A stretch of DNA of 64,000 nucleotides from assembly GCA_964187785.1 (NCBI GenBank), contig OZ076409.1, positions 40,922,001 to 40,986,000 on the forward strand. Direction: 5' to 3'. A program made the position numbers and the translations under genes. Source of the DNA: Amphiscolops sp. MND2022 (Eukaryota). Below the pieces are notes generated by a model. That model saw only the letters and a list, made by a program, of their open reading frames with translations, was not told the origin of the DNA and made no database searches. Shown piece by piece: positions 12,942 through 24,910 of the stretch (the stretch's first letter is position 1; the number at the start of each line of letters is the position of its first letter).

Positions 12942-15900
12942 AGCCCACCACGTTCGATCCGCAAGGGAGAACGTTGATCTCGATTCATCTGATGCTGGCA
13001 GCCGAGCAGGTGCGTAGACCAACGCTAACCTTGGCGAAACTCTGGGTTGAGCTATCTGTCCTCTATAACCGGATGGAGTTGCCCCGCCCAAAGCAGTGGT
13101 ACGTCCCTGGAGAGTCGGAGACCCTGACTACATACTCGCCAGTACCGGTTTGTGCAACGATGGACGGCGTGGACGTGAAGTTCGAGGCCTGTGTGGTGGT
13201 AGATGTATTCCCACCCGGCTTATGCTTGGGACCTCAAGAGCTGAAATGCTATAATATCAACCACCAAGAACCGACCGGGGAAGCGCGGATAGATGAGCGT
13301 GCGTCGCTTGTTGTCTCTTTTGTGGTGCCCCATGCGGCACCTATCCCACTGCGAGGCTTGGTGGATACTGGTTCCGGGGTGTCCATACTAACCTTCTCCG
13401 CCTTTAACCGGGTAGCTGCACGGACCGGTGCGGTCCTGAAACCCTATCAAATTGATTTGTACGCTGCCAACGGGAAGACAATAACGACTTTCGGGTTGGC
13501 TGAGCAGGTACGCTTCCAGTTGGGAGGGTATGAACTCGAAACCAATTTCGTCGTGGTAGATGACACAATGGGCGTGGAGGACTTTCTGTTGGGTCGAAAC
13601 TTCCTCCGTTCCTACCAAGTCCTGGTAGATCTAACCTCCATGAAGATAGTGGTGCGAGCACCAGTGAAGCCCGTCTGGCATCATGCACACACCCAGGTAG
13701 GTGATGCTTCGCTAACTACTCCCATTGCTCTGGACAGTGACCTGGTCCTACAGCCTTTCGAGCGTACAGTGGCAAAGGCTAAACTTGTCACCAACGCGCT
13801 TGAACCATCAATTTTCCAGACCGTGGCGCTTAACGCCTCGTTGTCTGATCCCTCATTGCAAAATACCATCTTTTTAGAGGACAGCGTGGCCACTGTCAGT
13901 GAGACAGGAACATTGTATGTGAGTCTGGTAAACCTCACCAGAAACCAGCAGCGTGTACGATGTGGTGCCCACCTGGGCACGGTAGTGCCTGTGTCTTTAG
14001 TATACCAGGCTGTGCCCCAAAAGCTGGATGCTACTGCAGAAACTGACCACAAAACTGAAGCCGACAACAGTCGAGCAAATTTTGTTTATAAAGTGTACAG
14101 TGAAATGAATCTATCCACTGCTTCTGAGTTAACTTCTTCATCTGAATTTGAGTTTTTGTCTTCGACGGATCCAAGTGAAGCGGGGCTTTCGGAGCGCGAG
14201 ATTCGCAAGCGCACCGATCCGGACCTATTGGCCCCGATCCCTGGGCCCGATTCTCAATTGCAAGAAGTTAAAAAACTCTGGGGCGCTAGTCCTTGGACAA
14301 CATTTAACGAGTTTGATGACCTATTCATGAAGCGTAAGGCGGATATTGGCCGCTGTACCATTGGTAAACACACTATAGAGGTAGAGCCTGGGGCTGTACC
14401 GCACCGTGAAGGTGCTCGCAGAATGTCCCCCGAAAAGGCTGAACGAGCCAACCAGGAGGTTCGGAGCCTACGGGCCTTAGGGATGATACAACCTTCACTG
14501 TCCCCTTGGGCAAGTGGTATCGTAATGGTAAAAAAGAAAAGCGGGGAGTTGCGTTTTTGCTGTGACTTCCGACCGCTGAATGAAGTAACCATTAAGGATG
14601 CCTACCCCCTGCCCCGCATTGACGAAAGCCTGGCGCGACTGGGCAATGCAAAGATCTACACTAGCATAGATCTTGCCTGGGCTTTCTGGCAGATTCCGTT
14701 GCGAAAAGCGGACCGCCACAAGACAGCTTTTGCCTGTGAGTTGGGACTCTTCGAATGGTGAAGAATGCCATTCGGCTTGTGCAATGCATTAGCCACCTTC
14801 CAGCGAGCAATAGCGCGAGCGCTACAAAAAATAGTCAATCGCAAAGGCAGCATGGACATGGCATACATCGACGACATAGTTATAGCAACGGAAACTGTGG
14901 AAGATCACATGGCGCGTCTGCGCGAGGTCTTTGAATGCCTCCGCGAGGCTGGCTTCAAGATGCGCGTAGCCAAATGCGACTTCATGAAACCAGAAATCAA
15001 ATATCTGGGACGCGTAGTCTCCGCAGAAGACGTCAAACCGGACCCGAAGGCTGTTGCCAAAATGCGCGACTGGGACATCCCTCGCAACAAGACAGAGATG
15101 CAAAGTTTTTTGGGATTCGCTAATTATTATCGTGAATTTATCCCATGGCATGCCAAGCTGGTTGCGCCCCTCCACGCCGTTACTGGACTGAATGCCACGT
15201 TTGCATGGGGCCCTGACCAGCAAAAGGCCTTCAACGAAATCAAGAAAGCATTGATCGAGGCGACTGCGCTCGCGCAGCCTGATTCTGAAGAAGTGTTTGT
15301 GCTGGACACCGATGCCAGCGCCGTTGCCATTTCCGGCATCCTACACCAGTGGCAAGGAGCTCCAGGAGAGCGACGCCTACGACCGATCATACGATCATAT
15401 ACGGCAGCAAGAAATTGACCACCACCAAAGCCAAATATGGGGCACCCAAGCTGGAAATGTTTGCAGCCTACTACTTCATCCTGAATTACCACAGCTACCT
15501 TTGCCCCCAAAAGTTCACCCTGAGAGTCGACAATCAAGCCCTATCCTGGTTGAAAACCTACTCCACGGACCAAGCATTGATTGGACGTTGGATCATGACG
15601 CTGGACAGGTATCACTTTCGTGTGGAACACAGACCGCGAACTCAACACCGCAATGCTGATGGCTTGAGCAAACGAACCAACGATTATCGATGCCGAGAAC
15701 AGCAGCTTGCGCAGCTGCCAGCTACCGGAGAGCGTTGGAATTTCCTCTCGGCCGAGGAATTCGACAACCTCCCCGTAGCCCCCTGGTTCGACCTGCAAGG
15801 TCGAATAATTCCAAATCATCCTGACCTACCACTGCATCTGCAGAACTTGGAGCCTAAGGCTCCTGACCAAGCACTCCGTGTGCTTCGCCGTGTGCAACAA

Positions 15901-17500
15901 GCGAACAAGCGAGAACGACAGGCAAAGGCGCTAGCCGCACCTCTACCGCCCAAGCCTCCACCCGTGCTGCAAAAGCACGAGGATTTCTACCCGGACTATC
16001 CTGAAGACTGGATAGACGTCACCACTGAGGCGAGCGAGGATTACCTGCTGCCAACACATGCAGTAAATGTCCCCTCTCGCACCATCTATTCTGTGGCAGG
16101 AACGAGTAACGCCATGCTACAGAACTCTCCTGGTGGCGTGCGCGAGTCGATCATGGCCCTCAAGGACATTGACACCGAGCTCCATGAACACACTCATACC
16201 GTACATGGGATCAAGGATTTGGTCCTAGCCCAAAACCGCGATGTCCATGTGCTAGCACTGAAGAAGCTCGTGCAGTGTGAATTCCTAGATAACGATGTGT
16301 TTCCCGAGAACGTGCGTGAGTTCGCACGTAACTATTTTCGCCAGAAAAAGGACCTCTTGTTCATAAACAAGAATGACGTCCTTTGCGTGCAATACTCCCC
16401 CACCCAACGCCCATTGCACGAACGTCCGTGCATGATCATAATGCCTCAGCTGTACCAGCACGAAATTCTGTTCCGTGCGCACGACGCAATGGGACACCAA
16501 GGTATCTCAAAAGTGGTAGCTCGAATTCAAGAGCGCCACACTTGGCCCGGCATACGGCGCAGTGTCGGTCGATACGTCGGCCAGTGCCTCACCTGCCAAC
16601 AAGTACGTGACAAGCCTGGTGACGTACGATTTCAACTGAAAAACATTCAGAGTGGCTACTTCAACGAGTTGGTCCAGTATGACCACTTAAAAATCTGCCC
16701 CTCTGATAATAACAACACCGGCATTTTGGTCATCATCGACCATTTCTCTAAATTTGCAGAGGCAGTCCCTTGTAGTCACCACGACTATGACGCAGTGACC
16801 ACCTCACGATTGCTGCTGCAGAAATGGTTTGCCCGCCACGGCACCCCCACTCGCATGCAATCAGACAATGCTCCAAACCTTACTGCTGAAGTCTCTAATG
16901 AATTCCTAAAGGCAGCTCACGTCACTAAAGTGACCTCCACTGCCGGACATCCACGAACTCAAGGTTTGGTGGAACGGCAAAACCGAACCTTCTTAACCCT
17001 GTTGCGAGTCTTTTGCTCGCGCCGCATGCGCGACTGGGACCAATGCTTAGATGAAGTGATCGATCGGTGCCTATAATTCTACCAGGCACGCCACTACAGG
17101 CTTCTCGCCCTACATGTTAACAAGGGGTGTTGAGAAAGCAATCCCCCTCACCTTTTTGTACCCTGAATTTGCGGCCAAGTCCTTTGATACGCATGAAGCA
17201 TACGTGGATCATGTGTTGGCTCGCCAACAAGAAATTCACGACTTGGTCCGGCGCAATACGCACCAGGCTCAATTACGCCAAAAATTGAAATATGATCGTG
17301 CTATCCGCACACGAGCTTACCAGCCGGGAGAGCTCGTCTGGGTTTTTTGCCGCTACGTGCCGCAAAAAGGCTCCCCCAAGCTGATGCGCGCCTGGCGTGG
17401 CCCGCACAAAGTAGTACAAGTCTTTCAAGAAGGACGTGTCTACGTGTTGGACACAGGCCAAAAGGTTCATTTTGAGCGCCTGAAACCTCATCACAGTGGG
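12911..17500 (+). CDS. pol: Pol (protease, dUTPase-like spacer, RT, RNase H, integrase), disrupted
   Basis: LVDTGSG and LLGRNFL (protease); SPWASGIV, RFCCDFRPLN, MPFGL, YIDD (RT); LDTDAS, VDNQAL, NADGLS (RNase H); HDAMGH/CLTC, IIDHFSK, SDN, VERQN (integrase); WRGPHKV...VHFERLK (GPY/F). Lesions: TGA at 14759-14761, 8-bp duplication CGATCATA near 15385-15400, 4-bp GATC duplication near 17060. Confidence 0.95.
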
Positions 17501-19615
17501 CCCCTTGAGCTCGCCACCGCGCAAGCGGACAGCGGCGAAATAGTGGTACTCATGGACCCTGACCCTGAACGTTCTATCGATGTGGTTGACGACAATAAGT
17601 CCCAGCCTTCATATAAAACTGAACAACTACTTTCAGAAGTAAGCACCTTCGCGCAAGCACCATTGGATGGATACCCGGTTGCGCACAAAGTTGCGTGCTG
17701 GAGGTTCCCGCATGCACTACCAGCAGTTCGACTACTCGACCTCGGGCACTGACGACGAGTTATCCGAAATCATGTTACCGGTACCTCCTGATCCCGTTGA
17801 TGCTGATCGTAGGGAACCCGAAGTCCCCCAACCCCCTTCAGACCAATCAATATCACCTACCCATCGTCTACCTCAACTATTCTCAGACCATCACCACAAA
17901 TATCTTCTCCCGAAAAACAGCCCTCATTATTGGGAACATCGGCCCCACTACTGACAAATCCATCGCTGACGAGTTTCCTCAATAACTATCCCATTTGGCC
18001 GGCCGCTCCTTCCCTCCCTCTGAAGTCCGCCACCGAGGATGACGACGCTCAGTCCAATGTGCCTACCCTTCCCACGACATTGCCCGGAGCGGGGACCGCT
18101 CCTTCTCTCAAAAGGGGTAGGAGGAGACCACCCAAAACGCGAAAACTGCTGGTCAGAGCGAAGGCAAGAACGAGAAAGAAGGAAACAACAACAACAATGC
18201 CGTCGGAAACAGCAATACCGACCGAGGCTTCTGAGGTCCCCCGATACCAGCTGAGAAGCAGGCGGCAACCACGCTACAAATGCGGGACCTGTGGGCTGCG
18301 AGACTGTGTTTGCTTGCTAGCCGTCAATGAGAACCGGAGTGTTCCCACTGGAGCCCGGGGAGTTCCTCCGGAGCGGGGAGCAAATCTAGTACATCGCCTT
18401 ACGGTGAGAGCTGAGAAGACTTATTCCTCCCTGGAACGACACGGAGACCATCCCGTGGATACTATTCTGGAGAAGTTATCATCACCTGGAGTAGCGAAAG
18501 CTCCGTGTCCTCGATTCAAGGAGTGGACTAGCGACGGAAAAGGGTTAGAGTTTACCCTCGCAACGGTGATGCCCCCAGTACCCAGCAATATTGCGTTTGG
18601 ACCCTTCAACTTCGAGCGGGAACCTGTGCAAATGGTCCGATGCATCACCGCTGATCTTCTCTGTGACAAATACGGAATTCACGTGGATCCGGGCGGAGTA
18701 TACAGCCCAGCGCTGCACTGGTGGTTGCTGGTTACTGCTCCACGAGTGGAGGCAATAGTGGAACCACTGCACCTGCTGTCCTGCTTGGAAGGTCTGAGGA
18801 CCCTCACTACCGCGGACTTGATACTTTGCTTCCACGTTATAGACTGGTATCGTGGCAAAGTGAAATTCGCGTGGTGGTTGGAACTAATCATCACTTGTTT
18901 CACCAATTATCCTCGCATTAGATTGCTGGATGAGTGGACTCATACTTTTGAGATTCCACTTCCCTCAAAAGCCGCTTTGAGCACCCTAGACGCATGGGTC
19001 AGGGCGAGCAGTGATAATCGAGCGATGCCACGATCGGTGTGGCAAGACCTGGCTGCAATCCAGGGGCGTACGCCCCGCGTGTGCTTACCTGCCGACAATG
19101 GGCCGGGGAGAGAGATTATCTACCCGGGAATTCTGCATCCAGCCCCAACAGAGCACCTCTCACACGATGTGACTGATTTTCTTCAAGTAGAAGGTGATAT
19201 GGTGTTAGCGTGTCCCGCTGACCTAGAGACCAACTCAGCCGCCCTACGGTACGTGCTACGAGAATGCGGCAAGGAGAATGTGTTCTCCCTACGTCCCAAG
19301 GTGGGGGAGATTCTCACCATTCCCCCTGATATCAACCCAAACCCCAATCAGAGTATTCATTTACTGATAATCAGAGCAAACCAGCGTGCGCCGCTGCTTA
19401 CCGACGACTACCTGCGTTGTATGACGCACTAGATACAGCGCTTGATAGAGAAAGGATCCACGAGGGTCCACCTACCTATACTGGATCCAGAGCGACCCAC
19501 CCTCTCATTGGTAAACCTGTACCATACCCTAACGAATTTGCTGGAGGGCACTGGCATTCACGTGGTGCTGCATAACCGCGTGTATGTGTCCATTCTGAGC
19601 ATAGGGCCGGAGTAG
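17500..19615 (+). CDS. Post-integrase extension: Pro-rich/basic linker, Cys cluster, two putative TARG1/Poa1p-like macrodomains
   Basis: Overlapping ORFs 17114-17752, 17667-17954 and 17930-19432. After the TAG at 19430-19432 the frame stays open for 60 more codons to 19615. Macrodomain call is from a by-eye alignment to TARG1/OARD1. Confidence 0.7.
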
Positions 19616-19901
19616 CCCGCCAAAACTTTTTTCTGTTGCCCCCTATTTAATTTATCCACCCCGATAATTGTCATGTCTGGGAAGAAGTCTTGAACAATCC
19701 CATGGAATGATTACCTTGTAACGTAGCGTTAAATAACTCCTATCTTTATGTTCTAGTTAGTTAGTTGAACTACAATTTAAACTTGTTGCGGTTCCCTTAT
19801 GGAGCCATCTTTGTACCATTGTAATTGGATGATGAGCCTTAAGCTCTCCCCACAATGCACCTAGTAAGCCTAACGGTAATCCTTTTTAGACCTATGATAT
19901 A

Positions 19902-22900
19902 ATGGCTTATTATCCCAACAACACGGTGCCTATTCCCACGACGGGACCTCACACCAATAGGTCTCAAGAATTGCCTGCGCGAGCGCAGAGGACTAATCAA
20001 GTCCAATATGTAGAAGAACGACTGAGGAACGGCCTCTCACCGTTAGCGGTAGCGGGCGTGGCCGCCCTGCTCACTCAACTAGACACGATGCAGACGCTGC
20101 CGGGTGTATCTGTGTCTCTGGTGACGGAAGTAGCCGGTTACCGTCGCACGCTAACCTGCCAAAACAATGCGTGGGATGGCCACGATTTGACGCATCAGTT
20201 CTTGGATGAACGCTCTACCACAATGCTCGGGCCCAGCCAGGGCACGAGATTCGAGCAAGAAGCCTCCCTGTGTATGGTGCCTGCCAGCGTTGCAACGATG
20301 CCACCTCCTCAGATGGTCGCATTGCCCCCACCAGCACCAAAACCAGTACCAATGACGCCAACTTATTCCGGTTCACCTGCCTTTGGGACCTCATATCGAG
20401 CGCCACACATGGTACTGCAAACCACTACTAGTGCACCAGTCTCTGATCGGGAGCCCTCGGGGTTCCGGTTGCCACCCATACCTAACCCAGAGCTGACTGG
20501 AAGGAGTACCAGCGAACAGGCCGTAATTGTGGCCCTGCAAGCAGTGGCCAACTATCCGAACTCCTCCGATTTTGTTTGTGCCGTAGAGCAGAGAATCCCT
20601 GGACTAGCCACTTATCTGCAAGCTGCTGTTCAGCCCTCGGGCTGTGACCCTCCTGCTCCCTTAGTCGAGACGGCATCTATGGATGTGGAAATTGCTGCCG
20701 GACCAAGCAACAGCGCAAGCGCTGCTACTGGCACACGAGAAGAAGCCGGGAGAAAGCGACTAACTGAAGAAACTGCCTCAGTCACCCCAGCTGGCTCAGT
20801 AACCGAGAGCCCGACTAGTCGTCCCCCTCCCGACAAACGCGCTGATGTACCTCGACCCCAGCTGAAAAGTGTAGTCATCCCTAGGCCTCCATACCGAGTG
20901 GGTCATCTAGGCCGAGGCGCGCTTCAGATGTCTCTAGCGGACGCAATCGAGCAGTATGGAGATCCGGATGCAGGCTCGGAAGTGAGCTCTGTGCCCTCGG
21001 GCACGAATCCAATAGATATGTCCCTGGAGATACCTGAGACGGTGGAGGAGGCCCGTCCCCCAGCCTTCCTCCCTCCATCTGATGACGTATCCGGTTCAGT
21101 AGTCACCAATGATAGCAAACGCATTTGGATGGCGGCTGAGCATCTCTACCCCAGTCAATGCGCTATAAAGAAAAGGACCCCTCCCACTGAGACGGAGCAA
21201 AAGGAAATTAATCGAACTACGATATCGGCGCAGGTCACGCGTTCGCTGCGCCCCCGGGACAGAGATATGTCGGAGCAGGCCTGGGAACAGCGTGCTCGAG
21301 AGCAGCTGCCTACGACAACTAACGATTACATGGCACCCCTGCAACATAACATCACCGAGCAATTCCCCGCACGGTATGTGTTGCGAGAAGGTGAGACATG
21401 GGAAGCGAACGCCCGCTACGCCCGCAACTTGAGATCTCTGAAACCACTATTGAAAGCAGCTCTGCAGCGCGCGCGCTACTGCATGGCGGTTGATTCTACC
21501 TGCCGGAGTGACCTGCCTATTGACAACTTGATGCCTGACGTGCTGGTACTGACTATGCCCCTGTCTCGCTTCGCTGAGATCGCTGAGATGGTTGGAGCCA
21601 TATACGATCCAAACTTAAGAGGATCACAGAAGGAACCACCCCCACAGCGCGTGATCTTTGCCAATCTTCTGGATCACATGGCTTGCGAAGGGTTGCTGCG
21701 TGACCTGGACGCTATAATGTCCGATGTCCGACGACCTGGAGACATTGCAGCCCTGGTAAATGAGGTGGTCGGTGCAATGGAACGTGCCGCAGGGATCCTT
21801 CGGGGTCGTCTGGGAGCGCTCGCGCTCTTTGTATCCCCACCAGGATTTATGTACTGGCCACGTAGTCTGCAGCAGTTTGTCTACATTCTGCTGGAGGTAT
21901 GCAAGGCGCGCAGAGTCGAATTCGCCATCTGTGCACCAAACTTGCGCGTGGACCGAGAGGACCTGCGCCCAGATACCTTATCGTATCCAGCCTTCTTTGC
22001 CGCCGTATCTAGAGCACTCGTGGCTATAGAACGCTCGGGAAACGCCCAGCTAACCATTGACGACGCTATCCTCTATGATCATGGAATGCGGATGGGCAGA
22101 ATGGCCTTTGACCTTGACGGCAACCGCATCGCCCGAGAGTCAAATGTGACCGAACGAGAGGCTGTTCGTCGGTACAATTGGCTAGTGCGAAAGGACAAAG
22201 AAATCCCAGTGCGTGCAGAGTTAGCCGAACTGACAAAACAAATCGGTGCATGGCCTGCAGCGCGCACCGTTGAGAGAACAATCCCTCAGATCCACTTCGC
22301 CTCAGGAATCGAGCCCGTGAAGCTGCATGTAGGACTGCAGTGCATCGTGGCGATTGAAGCAACAAATCTGAAGGCAGAGGTTGATGCCGCAGCTACCACT
22401 TACGCCTATTGGTACCAAACTAGGTTTGCCACCAGGACTCTAGCAGAAGTAGCTCGAGAGCTCAATTGTCCATTGGAAGCCTTCTGTACCAGTCTTGGTC
22501 TGGGATGGAACCTTGAAGTGCTAACTTCCGAGTTTTCGCTGACCCCTACGCAAACGGACAAGCTACTAGAAACAATTGGAGAGGCAACTGTCGGAGAAAT
22601 GCTAGCGCTCGCGCTAGCGATGGGCCCAACGAAGTTCGTAGCCGGACCACTAGCCCTATTAGTCGACATCGTGATTGCCTGCGACCTCACCGTGTTCTAC
22701 AGCTACTTGGTCCTGGCACAAGGACAACTACGCAGCCTGACCCGCTGGGGACATTTAATGACCTCCAAAGACCAACAAGATGATTCCGCCTAACTGGAGC
22801 GCATGCGTGCGTCGATCCAACACTGGCTATATTCCACCCTGGTGTTCGCCTCCGGTCTATTCGTGGGCGTGGACCAATCCCAACCACTACACAACTCAGA

Positions 22901-24209
22901 CCAGCAGATCCCACGGGAAACGGCAGGATTCCCCTTGCCGCAGCAGATTGCTGATCTAACCCTGGCTGAGGTAGAGGATTTCGTGGCATCCATGGCTCCT
23001 GTCTTGGCCCCCATCTTTGGCGCAGTGGGCGTGTGCCGATACCCCACAAAACTGTTAGCAACAGCAGTCCAAGTGCACATGGTCTCCTTTAGCACCTATC
23101 TGCGAGGCCGTCCCTCACTGGCATATCCAAGGGTAATACATGCCGTGCTGAGTGGTGAAGTGCCGCATGGGTACACGACCGTGAAATCCGAAAGAGAGTT
23201 GGAGGAGAACCTGATGGGTTTGTTGCGCGCGCGCACCAGGAAAGCATGTTCTCTGCCTCGAGAACATGGGCCTGTGAATTGGTACTCCGCACCTCTCAGT
23301 TTGGAAGGAGTCCCCTTCAGATTCCCCTGGAGTCAAGAGTTCATAAGAAAGGCGATTCGCGCCAGCACTAGTGCTGGTCCACCTGTGGACCCTTTGTACT
23401 GCTTTAAATGCATCGCCTTCCCGAACCGCTATTGGAAGGAGCCGTTAGGTTGGCCAAGGGCGAAACCCGTTGGACGCGCCCCGGAGATTTTCAACCGTCA
23501 AATCCAGCACTTGGAATCAGCCCAGATCCCAGGATGGATTGAAGGCGCTGCTCAGATCAGGCAAAGGAATCTCCAATCCCGCGTTACCCCATTCCCCAGG
23601 AAGTCGGCATGGAAGCCTACGGGAAAGATGACTATGTCTGGAGATATGTCCATCGTCCAGCATGATGAGATCAATTCCGTGTTGGGCTCGACAGAACGAG
23701 CAAGATGGGAAGAGTACTGTCTGGAGTTGGAGATTGCTAGCTTCCCTAAGTGGAAGAGAGCTTGCGAGCTCTGGAGCCAAACTGGGTGGATCTCACGCCG
23801 AGTCGCACTAGCAGTAGAAGGTAGAGCAGAAATAGCGAGACAACAGGCGTTCGCGCCTACCATGCTCGCACCAACGATGGCGATGTCTTTGGATCGGCCC
23901 ATCTCTCAACCGATCACCATTAACCTTCCAACCCACCACTTGGAGCCAGAACCATTTGGCCCGTCTTCGTCGCGAACTAGCCCTCAGTCCTTGCAGCAGC
24001 AGTCCGGAGAGCACGCCGCCGAGTTGACTCCCAATGCAGCACTAGTGCAGCCCATTGCCGAGTTGTCGCTCCCCGAAGATCTGTCGGACTCTGAAACGGT
24101 TGCCACAGAAGTCTCTCCCCGACGTCGAGCGTCAGTGTCGACTGATAACCCAGAACAGAACCCAGATGATGCCACTAAAGAGCAGACCCGACGCAGTTCG
24201 GCTCAATAA
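19902..24209 (+). CDS. Large accessory ORF3 (~1435 codons, one in-frame TAA at 22791-22793) with a putative SGNH/GDSL-like domain
   Basis: ORFs 19902-22793 and 22803-24209 are in one frame with only three sense codons between them, inside the LTRs at the env position. SGNH-like blocks at ~21470-22030. Confidence 0.8.
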
Positions 24210-24892
24210 ACCCAGCCGCTGATGGGAGCGTTCGCGCTCCCTATACCCTCGCAAACTGCCAACAAACAGTGCCTTAAAACTTCTCATCCAGGACGGTGCT
24301 ACAGTACAAAGTGCAATTTTTGTTCATAGTTATGGTTATATAATTAGTGTACCATTAGTGTTGCACTGGGTGTACGGCCAATAGAGTACGCCTGCCCCAG
24401 TGGCTTGAATTACCAAGCAGAAAGAAGAAAAACTATTATTCAGAAAAACTGCTATTTTTGTTGCGCACCGTTCGCGGTGTTTTTGAGTTGTCACAATCAA
24501 AAGAAGTCTTATCCCTCTTGATTGCATTTTCTTTCTAGTCTAGTATTCTTCATCAATTTGGTTGTTCACCGTAAGAGCCCGCAAGCTCTAAAAAAAGTTT
24601 TTAATCGCCTAAAGTGAATTGAAGACTACAAGTCTCAAATGGTAAGAAAAAGAAATTTTAGCCGACTTTGGTCGCAAAAACGTTTTTAGGTGCTAAAACC
24701 TCGTTCGTGTTTTGTACAAACAGCTAGGCAGTAAGCTCTTTTTTTCGTTAAAAAAACCGCAAAAACTGACCAAAATTGTTGCCGAAAAACAAGGACTCGT
24801 CCTTGTTCCCCGATGTGTGGATGATGGTTCCCAGCAGTCACTGTGATGCAGTTTCCAGACGAGCCAGACGCCGCTTGCCAGGGACGACAAGC

Positions 24893-24910
24893 CAGGAACC
24901 TGGGGAGTGA
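24893..24910 (+). promoter_or_regulatory. PPT-like tract
   Basis: CAGGAACCTGGGGAGTGA directly before the 3' LTR. The relative at 35260-35275 (-) has CCCGGGGAGGA. Confidence 0.7.

Noticed and set aside
12900..12975. Programmed -1 gag-pol frameshift
   Set aside because: The frame change is -1, but no canonical slippery heptamer is visible and the copy has several other indels, so a small deletion is equally likely.
19902..24209. ORF3 as a conventional env gene
   Set aside because: No signal peptide, Cys-rich ectodomain or C-terminal transmembrane anchor is evident.
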